A stretch of 64,000 nt of DNA, taken from the IMG/VR virus record IMGVR_UViG_3300020477_001008, positions 178,647 through 242,646 of that record, one strand, 5' to 3'. This document shows positions 48,635-58,239 of the stretch, one piece after another. The notes below the pieces were generated by a model. The model searched no databases, was not told the origin of the DNA, and saw only the letters and a program-made list of their open reading frames with translations. A program made the position numbers and the translations under genes. The first letter of the stretch is position 1, and the number at the start of each line of letters is the position of its first letter.

Positions 48635-50209
48635 ATGAGAGCAACGCATTTAAATACGGCAGTTTTTGCATTTGGAAGGTTTAATCCACCTACAATTGGT
48701 CACGGTAGATTGGTAGAAGTTGTTAAAAAACAGCCAGGAACACCTTTCTTATTTTTAACTCATACGCAAAAACCAAAAACAGATCCATTAACATTTGAGC
48801 AAAAAGTAAAGTATGCTAAAGCTAGTTTTACTAATATTAAAATTGGTGATAGTTCTGTAAGAACATTAATACAAGCTTTACAAAAACTAGAGTCTTTAGG
48901 ATTCTTAAATGTAATAATGGTTGCTGGAGATGATAGACTACAACAGTTTACAGACTTTTTACCAAAGTACAATGGTAAAGATTATAGTTTTGAAAGTGTT
49001 AAAGTTGTTAGTGCTGGAGAAAGAGATCCAGATTCAGATGGTGCTATAGGTATGTCAGCAAGTAAAATGAAAGCTATGGCAGTTGCCGGTGACTTTAAAG
49101 GATTTCAAAAAGGAACTATTAATCCTGATATAGCAAAAAGTATGTATGATGATGTAAGAGCAGGTATGGGAATTACCGAAATTAAAGAAGCACAATATCC
49201 AATGCCAAAAGTTTATGTTGATATGGATGGTGTGTTAGCAGACTTCTTTACAGCTTTAGCAAAATTTAGAGGAGTTGACCATTGGAAAGATGGCGGCCAC
49301 GATAGTGTACAAGATTCAATTGAAGCAATTCAAGGAACAGATTTCTTTTCAACATTACCAGTATTCAATACCGCACCAAATATTATTAATAGTGTAAAAG
49401 CATTTACTGGTGGCGAATGGTATATTAATTCATCTCCATTAAGAGGAGATCACGAAAATTCTACAAAGCATAAATTAGATTGGCTTAAGAAGAATAATTT
49501 TGATCCAACAGATGTTGTTATAACAGGAAGAAAAGAATCGTATGCAATTAATAAACAAACAAATCAACCAAACATATTAATTGATGATAAGCCATCTAAT
49601 TTAGAAAGATGGACATCTAAAGGTGGTATTGGAATTAGATATCAAGCAACACAAGATAATCCAATGAGAGTACAAAAAGGTTTAGAAGTAATTAAAAATT
49701 ATTTAGAAAAAAATAATGGATTAATAGATCCTAAAGATGTTGCTGAATTAAATAAAGCAATTGATACAGGACAACTAATGGAGAATGGTGGAAAAATTAT
49801 TCCAGGTGTTAATACTACTCACGATGTTGGTCCTAATGAAATAAAAATACAAGCAAAGAAAATGGGATTTACAGTTAGTAAAGATGGAGTACCACCAATT
49901 ATGAAACCAAAAAATTTAAGAGAATATATTAAACTTATTGAAGAAAGAGATACAAGAGAATTGAAATTTCAAAATAGAGATGGAAAATATTCTATGTTGA
50001 GTTTACCAGGAACACAAAAATGGCAAAAAGATAAAAAGACTGCAGAACCAGGAACAGACAAATGGTTTAAAACTTGGAAAACATTACCATATTTAACTAA
50101 AGGTAGAAAGAATCATTATATGCTACCTATAAAAGAAAAGTTAAATGAGTTAGAAAATTTATTAAAAGAATACGGAGTTATTAAAAATGAAAATAAAAGA
50201 GATAGCTAA
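48635..50209 (+). CDS. Nucleotidyltransferase (cytidylyl/NMN adenylyltransferase-like) fused to HAD 5'-nucleotidase and extra modules
   Basis: FGRFNPPTIGH...SAGERDPD...MSASKMK, then VYVDMDGVLADF...ILIDD...GGIGI; ATAAATA-N8-ATG. Confidence 0.8.
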   Translation: MRATHLNTAVFAFGRFNPPTIGHGRLVEVVKKQPGTPFLFLTHTQKPKTDPLTFEQKVKYAKASFTNIKIGDSSVRTLIQALQKLESLGFLNVIMVAGDDRLQQFTDFLPKYNGKDYSFESVKVVSAGERDPDSDGAIGMSASKMKAMAVAGDFKGFQKGTINPDIAKSMYDDVRAGMGITEIKEAQYPMPKVYVDMDGVLADFFTALAKFRGVDHWKDGGHDSVQDSIEAIQGTDFFSTLPVFNTAPNIINSVKAFTGGEWYINSSPLRGDHENSTKHKLDWLKKNNFDPTDVVITGRKESYAINKQTNQPNILIDDKPSNLERWTSKGGIGIRYQATQDNPMRVQKGLEVIKNYLEKNNGLIDPKDVAELNKAIDTGQLMENGGKIIPGVNTTHDVGPNEIKIQAKKMGFTVSKDGVPPIMKPKNLREYIKLIEERDTRELKFQNRDGKYSMLSLPGTQKWQKDKKTAEPGTDKWFKTWKTLPYLTKGRKNHYMLPIKEKLNELENLLKEYGVIKNENKRDS

Positions 50210-50651
50210 AGATCCTTGTTGGAGCGGTTATAAACAAATTGGAATGAAAAAGAAAAATGGTAAACAAGTACCAAACTGTGTACCAAACGAATCAATTGAA
50301 GTTACATTAGATGATAATCAAGACTTTCACGAAGAATATGGATATCTAGGTTATAGTATTGATGAAAATGATTTATTTGAAGCTGAGTATCAAGGTAGAA
50401 CAGTTAAATTAAACAAACCAACACGTGGTGATGTTAAAAAGTTTAAAGTGTATGTCAAAGATCCAAAAACAGGAAACGTTAAAAAAGTTAATTTTGGACA
50501 CGGCGGTACAAGTGCTAAAAAAGCCGGACAGAAAACTATGAAAATTAAAAAGTCAAATCCTGAAAGAAGAAGATCTTTTAGAGCAAGACATAATTGTAAA
50601 AATCCAGGACCTAAAACAAAAGCAAGGTATTGGAGTTGTAAGGCTTGGTAA
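50187..50651 (+). CDS. Basic phage protein (DUF6321-like C-terminus), putative head protein
   Basis: MKIKEI N-terminus; KKVNFG...RRRSFRARHNC...KARYWSCKAW. Confidence 0.6.
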   Translation: MKIKEIAKDPCWSGYKQIGMKKKNGKQVPNCVPNESIEVTLDDNQDFHEEYGYLGYSIDENDLFEAEYQGRTVKLNKPTRGDVKKFKVYVKDPKTGNVKKVNFGHGGTSAKKAGQKTMKIKKSNPERRRSFRARHNCKNPGPKTKARYWSCKAW

Positions 50652-50652
50652 T

Positions 50653-50856
50653 ATGAGATTATACGAGATAGTTGAAGCTAGTTGGTATCAAGATGTAAGG
50701 TTACAGCCAAAGAGACTTACGACTAAAAAGCCTCGTAAACTTTTACCAAAACCTATAAGAAAAATAATTGTTAAAAGACCAAAAAGAATTAAAAGTCATA
50801 TGAAAACTGACTTTACTAGAAGAGCTGATAAATCATCTTGGTTAGCAGGAAAGTAA
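50653..50856 (+). CDS. Small basic protein with capsid-targeting-like N-terminus
   Basis: MRLYEIVE followed by a Lys/Arg-rich body. Confidence 0.6.
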   Translation: MRLYEIVEASWYQDVRLQPKRLTTKKPRKLLPKPIRKIIVKRPKRIKSHMKTDFTRRADKSSWLAGK

Positions 50857-50857
50857 A

Positions 50858-51556
50858 ATGAAACTTGCAGAATTTTTTTTAAAAGAAAACTTTGATTTAA
50901 CCGATTTGGTTTATTATGATGAAGTCCAACTTAAAAAGTCAGAGAAAAAAGTAGAAGAATATGAAGCACATCATTTAAAAGATGGTTGGCAAGATATTAA
51001 ATTAGAATCACCACCTGATAATAATAGTGATGAAACTAAAAATGAATTAGTTACTATTACTAACATACAAGAAAAAAGAACTGAAGAAGATGAAAATTCT
51101 ATTCACGTTTCTGATATGATGGACGCATTTCATTTTAGAGAATTTTTAAATGCAAAGAAAATAGATTATAGATCTAGCGAAATATCAGCTATTATTGATG
51201 ATGTATGGAAAGTAGTTAGAACATATAAAAATATGTATAATAGACCTAGGCCATATCAAATTGCTGAAGCATATAATATGGAGTTTGATACAATGTACGG
51301 TCAGAGTAACAAAACACCTGCTTATCCTAGTGGTCACAGTTGTGGTGCTAGAGTAGTTGCTGAATACCTATCAAAAAAATATCCTGAGCATAAAGAAAAA
51401 TTTTTAGAGATAGCTGAAAAAATTGGCATAGGAAGAATACAAGCTGGTTTTCATTATCCATCAGATCACGTAGCAGGAATAGATCTTGCATTAAAAGTTT
51501 TTCCTTATTTAGAAATATCAGAACAACATTTGGACGATTATAAAAATGAAAATTAA
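50858..51556 (+). CDS. PAP2-superfamily acid phosphatase
   Basis: KNMYNRPRP, PAYPSGH, GRIQAGFHYPSD; MKLAEFFLKE leader. Confidence 0.85.
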   Translation: MKLAEFFLKENFDLTDLVYYDEVQLKKSEKKVEEYEAHHLKDGWQDIKLESPPDNNSDETKNELVTITNIQEKRTEEDENSIHVSDMMDAFHFREFLNAKKIDYRSSEISAIIDDVWKVVRTYKNMYNRPRPYQIAEAYNMEFDTMYGQSNKTPAYPSGHSCGARVVAEYLSKKYPEHKEKFLEIAEKIGIGRIQAGFHYPSDHVAGIDLALKVFPYLEISEQHLDDYKNEN

Positions 51557-52016
51557 AGATATTACAAATGAATGGATTCCAATATATAGCACAATGAAAG
51601 CTTATGGTATGAAACGTGCTAAACATCCAGACGGTTCAAGATATTTTAAATTAGCTGAACAAGAAATTACAGATCAAGATTTACAGCAATTAGAAACGTA
51701 TGCTGATAGATTATTTGCATCATTAGGAATTGATGTTGCATTTTCAAAACATTTTAAAGACAGATTAAATGATCCAAGAAATAAAAAACCAATAACAATG
51801 GGAGAACTTACTAGGTTATTTAGACAGGTCTATAAACAACACGGTAAGCCAATTGCACAATTAGGTCCAGACGCAGAAGCAGTAATGAAAGATATGAAAA
51901 CTGATGTAAATGTTCCATTTGCTTTACAATGGGATGGCAACGAATTAGATTTAGTTGCAAAAACAGTTATGCGTAAACAAAACTTTGCAACGCCTAATCC
52001 TGAATTTAGAATTTAA
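51546..52016 (+). CDS. Hypothetical phage protein with capsid-targeting-like leader
   Basis: MKIKDITNE leader; FSKHFKDRLNDPRN...KTVMRK core. Confidence 0.65.
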   Translation: MKIKDITNEWIPIYSTMKAYGMKRAKHPDGSRYFKLAEQEITDQDLQQLETYADRLFASLGIDVAFSKHFKDRLNDPRNKKPITMGELTRLFRQVYKQHGKPIAQLGPDAEAVMKDMKTDVNVPFALQWDGNELDLVAKTVMRKQNFATPNPEFRI

Positions 52017-52026
52017 GAGAGTTTTT

Positions 52027-52230
52027 ATGAAATGGGCGTTGGTGATTTTATATTTTGTAGTGGGACCTGAAGGTGGTTGGTATGAAAGTGAACGTAAATT
52101 TTTTAAAACAGAAACAGAATGTAAAGAGCATATGGAGTTCTTTAATTCTATGCCAAAGCCAGGAACAATGACATCAAGATGTATTACTAGTACAGATGAA
52201 GGTTGGTGGAATAAAAAGGATAGTATATAA
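52027..52230 (+). CDS. Small secreted/membrane protein
   Basis: MKWALVILYFV, F.TETEC...C; start at ATG 52027. Confidence 0.55.
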   Translation: MKWALVILYFVVGPEGGWYESERKFFKTETECKEHMEFFNSMPKPGTMTSRCITSTDEGWWNKKDSI

Positions 52231-52556
52231 TGGAATTATTACTTAAAGCAATTATTGGTGGTATAGTAATTGCAACAGTTAGTACAGTTGGACAACGTTA
52301 TCCCACTATAGGAGCCTTTGTGTTAGGTGTACCATTAGCAACATTTGTGTCATTTATTTTTATGCATTATGCTGGAGTAGATGTACAAACATTTAAAACT
52401 ATTAGTATACAAACTGTATACTTTGTGTTAATTAGTTTATTATTCTTTCCTGTATTTGTTTTTATGTTACCGCAATATGGATTTTTAATGTCAATGCTTT
52501 CTGGAGTTGTAATTTCAGGTTCATTGATGCTATTATTATTAAAGTATGTCAGCTAA
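52230..52556 (+). CDS. Four-TM membrane protein (DUF3147-like)
   Basis: KAIIGGIVIATVS...YPTIGAFVLGVPL. Confidence 0.55.
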   Translation: MELLLKAIIGGIVIATVSTVGQRYPTIGAFVLGVPLATFVSFIFMHYAGVDVQTFKTISIQTVYFVLISLLFFPVFVFMLPQYGFLMSMLSGVVISGSLMLLLLKYVS

Positions 52557-52761
52557 TTTTGATAAAACACATAATCAGTTTTGTAAAGTTTACGTGGCTA
52601 ATGAGAAAAAGACTGATACATTTCATTGGGGATACTTTACTAAACGTATGGTTGATAAAGAGTTTAAAGAATTAGTTAAGTCAGACGAATGGGATGTTAT
52701 AGTAGTTGATGATATTACTAAAGAAGAATTTGATAAAATAATGGAACCATATACAGGATGA
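52546..52761 (+). CDS. Hypothetical protein
   Basis: Coupled ORF. Confidence 0.55.
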   Translation: MSANFDKTHNQFCKVYVANEKKTDTFHWGYFTKRMVDKEFKELVKSDEWDVIVVDDITKEEFDKIMEPYTG

Positions 52762-52988
52762 TTGATTGGGATAGACATAAAAGACCACAGTATGAACCAC
52801 CAAGTTGGATTGAGTGGCAACCAACTAATCCTATGAAATATTTGTTTATGCTTTGTCTTGTTCTTTGGATACTTCCAGTTTTATTTGGATTAATTTTAAC
52901 ACCCTTAGGTGCAATAGTTAATATTTTATTTGTTGATTGGGTTATGTATAAAAGAGATACTTCTTTTTTAAACCGTGATCGTGATTAA
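52758..52988 (+). CDS. Small membrane protein
   Basis: Two hydrophobic segments. Confidence 0.55.
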   Translation: MIDWDRHKRPQYEPPSWIEWQPTNPMKYLFMLCLVLWILPVLFGLILTPLGAIVNILFVDWVMYKRDTSFLNRDRD

Positions 52989-52996
52989 ATATTATT

Positions 52997-53542
52997 ATGC
53001 ACAAAGAATATTTTTTTCATATACCTAAACTAGATTTAAATGATGAACAAAGGTCTATATTACATAAAAAATATCTAGTTTCTAAAATTACACATAAAGG
53101 TTATAATAAAAATACGCATCAATATCTTAAAACATTTCATACTGAAATTGATGTTTTAAAAGACATTTATTCAAGTAAAATAATTAAGCAAATAGAAGAT
53201 TTATGTGAAGGATTACCTATAGATAAATTTAATAGACACACGTCATACGAATTTTTAAAAACAGAAGGTAAAGTTGAAATACATAGAGATCCTGTACGTT
53301 TAGCAGTTTTAGTTATTCCTTTGTTTAGTAAAGAAAACAATAAATTAGAATTTTGGAATGAAGAAGAAACAAAAATTGTTAATGAATTAGATTATGGTAC
53401 TAAAACCTATATAATGAGAACTCGTGTGCCTCATAGTGTATCAACTAGTAAAAAACCAAGGGTTTTTTGGCAGGGAAGTATTTTTACAAGAGATTTTGAT
53501 GAAGTGTTAAAAGATTATCGTCAAGGACGACTTTTTAAATAA
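52997..53542 (+). CDS. Cupin / 2OG-Fe(II) oxygenase-like protein
   Basis: IHRDPVR...PHSV...PRV; TTAAATA-N5-ATG. Confidence 0.5.
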   Translation: MHKEYFFHIPKLDLNDEQRSILHKKYLVSKITHKGYNKNTHQYLKTFHTEIDVLKDIYSSKIIKQIEDLCEGLPIDKFNRHTSYEFLKTEGKVEIHRDPVRLAVLVIPLFSKENNKLEFWNEEETKIVNELDYGTKTYIMRTRVPHSVSTSKKPRVFWQGSIFTRDFDEVLKDYRQGRLFK

Positions 53543-53550
53543 ATATTGTT

Positions 53551-53754
53551 ATGATAGAATGGATAAAAAAATTGTTCGCATCGCAGACTTACGAACTAAT
53601 TATAGAGCATTTAGGAACAGTAAAAAATTATACAGTTACTAAGGTTTATACATTAAATGATCGTACTGCTCATTTTAAAGCAATAGATGGCGAAAAATAT
53701 ACATTAAGAAGTGCTGATAAAATGAGTTGGTCTTTAAGAAAGATTACAAAATGA
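53551..53754 (+). CDS. Hypothetical protein
   Basis: ATAAATA-N5-ATG. Confidence 0.6.
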   Translation: MIEWIKKLFASQTYELIIEHLGTVKNYTVTKVYTLNDRTAHFKAIDGEKYTLRSADKMSWSLRKITK

Positions 53755-53951
53755 GTAAATTTAGAGTAATTGAAAAATCAAATAAAACGTTTATTCTTAA
53801 ACAAGAGAACGTAATTGAAGCTATTGCTAACTTTCTTGCTGATGCTGGTATGCTAGAAGAAGACGAAACTGAAGGTAAAATGACTTATAAAATGAACAAA
53901 GATGCTTCAATAACAGTTGAATTGCACTTTGCAAAAACCACTGTAAACTAA
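53751..53951 (+). CDS. Hypothetical protein
   Basis: ATGA-coupled to upstream ORF. Confidence 0.55.
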   Translation: MSKFRVIEKSNKTFILKQENVIEAIANFLADAGMLEEDETEGKMTYKMNKDASITVELHFAKTTVN

Positions 53952-53974
53952 AATAAACACTAAATACAGCTATT

Positions 53975-54475
53975 ATGCGTTATTCGGAAATAATTAATGA
54001 GTCAATGAGCTTTTCAGCAGGACATTCTGAGAAAAGAGAAGACGGAAACTACTGGATAAGCGACACAGATTCAGGTGATAGATATGCTCCAGAATTTTAT
54101 AAGAATATGGACAAGTATTCTAAAGATCTTGATTTAGAGCCACCTGAAAACCCAGATTATAAAGAAGAATTAGATTTATCATTATCAAACGCAAGTATGC
54201 GTGAAGTATTTCACGAATTAGGATATCCTACAGATTTAGAGGACAGAGCACCTTTTCCAATAGATGAATTTATTGGTAGAACTACACAATGGTTACAAAA
54301 AGCAATTGGCAAGCCATCTCCAGAGCAAAAACCAGAAATAGTTAAACAACCATATGGGGCTACAATGATTAGTGGTGGCAAACCAGAAGGATATTTTAAT
54401 AGAGTTATCAAAAGAATGAATGAGATTGCTAGAGCTGGGAAACAAAATGGTGCAACTCACGTGTGGGCAAGTTAG
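53975..54475 (+). CDS. Hypothetical protein with capsid-targeting-like leader
   Basis: MRYSEIINE; CTAAATA-N8-ATG. Confidence 0.65.
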   Translation: MRYSEIINESMSFSAGHSEKREDGNYWISDTDSGDRYAPEFYKNMDKYSKDLDLEPPENPDYKEELDLSLSNASMREVFHELGYPTDLEDRAPFPIDEFIGRTTQWLQKAIGKPSPEQKPEIVKQPYGATMISGGKPEGYFNRVIKRMNEIARAGKQNGATHVWAS

Positions 54476-54487
54476 GTAAATATTACT

Positions 54488-56500
54488 ATGAGACTTACAA
54501 AACTTTTTGAAGCATTAGATAAACAAGCTAAAAAGCCAAATCCAATGGCTAAAGCATTATCAGATCCTAAATTTAAGCCAAAAACAGAAACAGATAAAAA
54601 GAAAGAAGCTAAAAAAGGTTATCAAAAGCATAAAGGTAAGATAGATGAAGCAGGCTACGAAGGACAAGTAGAGCCAACACACCACGATTTTAAAAATGTA
54701 AATTTAGATTCAATTAAAAAAATTATAGCTGATAGAGATTTATCAGCAGATGCTGAAGAAGTAGATGGTGCTATTAGAGTACACACATATGATACTGATA
54801 GAAAATCAGTAGCAAAATCATTAGGAATCAATGAAGAACTTTATATTAATGGTATGAAAGATGTTGAAGATGTTATTAATATGATTAAAGACACACTTGA
54901 TGATGGTCAAATTGATAGTGCTAAAGATTATTTAGAACAGTTTAAAGAATATCTACACTCAAAAGGAATTACAGATTCAGTTGATCCTATTAGACACGAT
55001 CAAGATGCTAAAGAAGAACTTGCAAAAGAAATTTATGCTAACAATGAATATTACCAAAGTGAGTATGAAGATTGGGAAGCATTTATGAATTCAGATGATT
55101 TTGAAGAAGAAAATATGAGACTATGGAGTAAGTTTGGTGAATCAAAAATTAAACCATATGTGTCTATGTATAATGATAAAGACACAGGTAAGATGACGTA
55201 TGACGTATTAGATAGCGATGGAAAATCAGCATTTAAAACTAAAGACAAGAAAGCGGCTATGGGTTTCTTTAATAAAAACTTTGATGCTTTAAGAAAAGGT
55301 TTTGATTCATTAAAAGATGAAAATGTTTCAGCTATAGCTAAAGCAATAAATTCAGCTTATGATCCAACTTTTGGAGATACTGATAATAGATTTATGAAAA
55401 CTGTAAAAAAATTAAATCCTTTTAAAAGTGATGAATATAAAAAATTGCAAATGGCAAAACAAGCTGAAAGAGATAATCCAAATTGGAAAGGTGAGCCTGG
55501 CGACCAAGCTGGTGAAACTTTACCAAATGGAAGAAGAGCATATTACAGAAATGTAAATGGACAGAAGCAAAGAGTAGATATTTACAAAGACATATATCCA
55601 AGTGAAGCAGTTGCAGAATTTGATGGTCCAGATGAAACTAAAGATAATGCAGACTTTACAGATAAAGAAATTAAAATGGCGTTTGGTGTTTTAAATGATC
55701 CAAGATTTAAAGGTGGTAATTACAGTGGTGCTGTTAATGTTATTAATAAAATTGCACCAGGTTTAGCAGATCACCCATCAGTAGCAAATGCTTTAAAAAG
55801 AACAAATGAAAATTTAACTGAAGATCAAATGACAGATGAAGTTAAAGCAATATTAGACAAACACGGTATTAAAAGTACAGACGATATTGAATATGGTGGA
55901 GAAGCTTTTAGTGATTTATTTGATTATTTCTCAAGTGATCCTGATGAAATGCCATATGGTGTTCAAAAAGCAAGAACAGGAATGCCAGATGAATGGATTG
56001 CAAATAGAATTTTAGATTTAGGTTTACTTAAAGAAGTAGAGCCACAAATGAATCCAGAACCTAATAGACCACAACCTACTACTCCACAAAGAGGACCAGA
56101 TGATACAAGATTAAAAACAAATGTTTCTTTACAACAAATTGCTAACTTATTTCCTGGAATAGAAGATAAGCAAACATTTTTACAATCATTGTTAAGATTA
56201 AAGCAAGGGCAAAAAATTTCAATGCAACACGCATATACTTTAGCTAATGCATTTAAAGAATTAATTTCAAAAGATCCACAAGACACACAAAGAGCAATGA
56301 TACAATTAAAAAAAATCGGAGCTCAAGAGTCAATAAACGAAACTAAAGAAGATGATGCACCTGGTTATCCACACCAATATAAAACTATGAATCAAGGTAA
56401 GACGCCAGAAGAAGCATTACAAGATGAAAGAATTGAAGATAGTAAAGAATTAGAACGAATTCAAATGTTAGCAGGGTTATTTCATAGCGAGAAGGAATAA
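54488..56500 (+). CDS. Large modular putative head-internal polyprotein
   Basis: MRLTKLFE leader; unrelated short modules separated by (I/L/V)xE sites; ends ELERIQMLAGL. Confidence 0.65.
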   Translation: MRLTKLFEALDKQAKKPNPMAKALSDPKFKPKTETDKKKEAKKGYQKHKGKIDEAGYEGQVEPTHHDFKNVNLDSIKKIIADRDLSADAEEVDGAIRVHTYDTDRKSVAKSLGINEELYINGMKDVEDVINMIKDTLDDGQIDSAKDYLEQFKEYLHSKGITDSVDPIRHDQDAKEELAKEIYANNEYYQSEYEDWEAFMNSDDFEEENMRLWSKFGESKIKPYVSMYNDKDTGKMTYDVLDSDGKSAFKTKDKKAAMGFFNKNFDALRKGFDSLKDENVSAIAKAINSAYDPTFGDTDNRFMKTVKKLNPFKSDEYKKLQMAKQAERDNPNWKGEPGDQAGETLPNGRRAYYRNVNGQKQRVDIYKDIYPSEAVAEFDGPDETKDNADFTDKEIKMAFGVLNDPRFKGGNYSGAVNVINKIAPGLADHPSVANALKRTNENLTEDQMTDEVKAILDKHGIKSTDDIEYGGEAFSDLFDYFSSDPDEMPYGVQKARTGMPDEWIANRILDLGLLKEVEPQMNPEPNRPQPTTPQRGPDDTRLKTNVSLQQIANLFPGIEDKQTFLQSLLRLKQGQKISMQHAYTLANAFKELISKDPQDTQRAMIQLKKIGAQESINETKEDDAPGYPHQYKTMNQGKTPEEALQDERIEDSKELERIQMLAGLFHSEKE

Positions 56501-56503
56501 GCT

Positions 56504-57142
56504 ATGGACCTTGAATATCTAAAAAAATTAGCAGGGATAGGTGAGCAGAATCAAATGAAAAGTTTGGCTCAAGAAATGGCCGAACGTAGAAGAGACATTA
56601 TGAAAAATGTAATGAAAGAACAAAAAGAAGAACAATTGGAATTACAAGCACTTCCTTACAAAATTACAGATTTAGCACCAGTACTATCAAAAGAAAATGT
56701 TGATTATCATTATGATATATTAAGTAGAGGATACGTAAACAGATATAATAATAATGAAGGCGATTCAGACTTTAATTATGGTGGTGCAAAACTACACAAT
56801 TTATGGTGGCAACAATTTAAACCAGCAAAAGAAACATCAAATTACAGCGGTCCTATAAAGCAAACTATAGATGCTAATTATGGTGATTTAAAAGGTTTAG
56901 AAGAAAAATTAGTTGAAGCCGCAATGACTATACAAGGATCAGGATGGGTTTATCTAACTAAAACTGGAACAATTAAAACAACACCAAATCAAAGTTACAA
57001 ACCAGATGTGTTTATGCCTATAGATATGTGGGAACACAGCTTCACGGACTATGTACCAGCCAAAGACGCAAAGGTTAAATACATTAAAGCAGTTCTTAAA
57101 TTAATAGATTGGAATGCGATTAATAGAAGGTTAGAAGGATGA
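56504..57142 (+). CDS. sod: Fe/Mn superoxide dismutase with N-terminal extension
   Basis: LPY...YHY, LHNLWW, QGSGW, PNQ, DMWEH: all four metal ligands present; Gly-Gly and NQ suggest Mn-type. Confidence 0.9.
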   Translation: MDLEYLKKLAGIGEQNQMKSLAQEMAERRRDIMKNVMKEQKEEQLELQALPYKITDLAPVLSKENVDYHYDILSRGYVNRYNNNEGDSDFNYGGAKLHNLWWQQFKPAKETSNYSGPIKQTIDANYGDLKGLEEKLVEAAMTIQGSGWVYLTKTGTIKTTPNQSYKPDVFMPIDMWEHSFTDYVPAKDAKVKYIKAVLKLIDWNAINRRLEG

Positions 57143-57957
57143 ATTTAAAAGATTTTACTAAAGAAGATATTACACCTGCAGATTTAAAAAGGCTAGGTGC
57201 TTCTGAGCCTCAAATTTATATGCACAAAGATGGCAAAACAATAATGGTGCCTAAATCTAAAGAACAAGAATATGCAAAACAAGGTTATCAAAAGTCTTCA
57301 TTAAGAGCTGAAACAAAAGTAAATGAAAGAATGCCTGCGTCAGTTATCAAGCATAAAGAAAGATTAGCACATATGACGGATCAAGAACTTGCTGATAGAC
57401 ACGGTGATACTGATGAAGAAAGATTAAGACAAATGGCTTGGAGACACGGCTATGGTAAAATGAGTTCACATTATGTTGACAGAATTCGTAGAGCTAAAGA
57501 AAAAGTTGAAGGCTTACAAGAAGACTATGCAAAAATGACAAAAGATTTAATTATTAAATTAGTTAAAAAAGGTAAAACAGATGATGAAATTCAACAAGCA
57601 ACAGGGGAAACTGGTTTGCGAATTAGACTTATTAGAAAAAGTGTCGACTACGATAAAAAAGAAGAAGCAATTAAAATAGCAGAAGAAAACGCAAGAAGAG
57701 ATTTTATGAAAAAAGCGGCCGCTGGAATGGGTGCAGTAGCATTGGGAACAATGGCACCATCAGTAGCTTGGCCAGATGAACCACCTGAAAATTTTGATTT
57801 TATGGATCAGTTCTTTAGTGATAAAATTTTAAATGATCCAAAATATAAAGAGTTTAAATTAAAAGGAAATGATTTTTTAAATATGATGAAAGATTTAGAA
57901 AAGAAATGGGAAAAAGATAAACAAAAAAATAAAGATGATGGTTCAGTAGAGGTATAA
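57139..57957 (+). CDS. Modular putative head protein with internal twin-arginine signal
   Basis: MNLKDFTKE leader; ARRDFMKKAAAGMGAVALGTMAPSVA at 57691-57768. Confidence 0.65.
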   Translation: MNLKDFTKEDITPADLKRLGASEPQIYMHKDGKTIMVPKSKEQEYAKQGYQKSSLRAETKVNERMPASVIKHKERLAHMTDQELADRHGDTDEERLRQMAWRHGYGKMSSHYVDRIRRAKEKVEGLQEDYAKMTKDLIIKLVKKGKTDDEIQQATGETGLRIRLIRKSVDYDKKEEAIKIAEENARRDFMKKAAAGMGAVALGTMAPSVAWPDEPPENFDFMDQFFSDKILNDPKYKEFKLKGNDFLNMMKDLEKKWEKDKQKNKDDGSVEV

Positions 57958-57958
57958 T

Positions 57959-58210
57959 ATGTTAATATCAGAAATTTGCAATAAAAAATTAAAAGAAGAT
58001 GCCACAGCAGGAGCAACTACTTCAGGTGTAGTAGCTTCAGTTAATATGCCGATGTTTACAGGTAAAAGAGGTGGCGATCATTATGCAACAGCCAGAAAGG
58101 CTATTGATCCAATGGGTAAAATCTTTAAGAAAAAGAATTTAAGAAAAGCACCACACAAATTAAAAGATAGTGTTGACAAATTAGTATATACAAAGGAAAT
58201 CACTAAATAA
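57959..58210 (+). CDS. Small putative head protein
   Basis: MLISEICNKKLKE leader, then DATAGATTSGVVASV. Confidence 0.6.
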   Translation: MLISEICNKKLKEDATAGATTSGVVASVNMPMFTGKRGGDHYATARKAIDPMGKIFKKKNLRKAPHKLKDSVDKLVYTKEITK

Positions 58211-58239
58211 CAAAGCAGAGATAGGTGAGCGGAATTATT

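Noticed and set aside
51660-52016. RelE/BECR-type nuclease toxin call for the HFKDR-containing domain
   Set aside because: Only a vague motif resemblance; it needs a fold search, so it is left as hypothetical.
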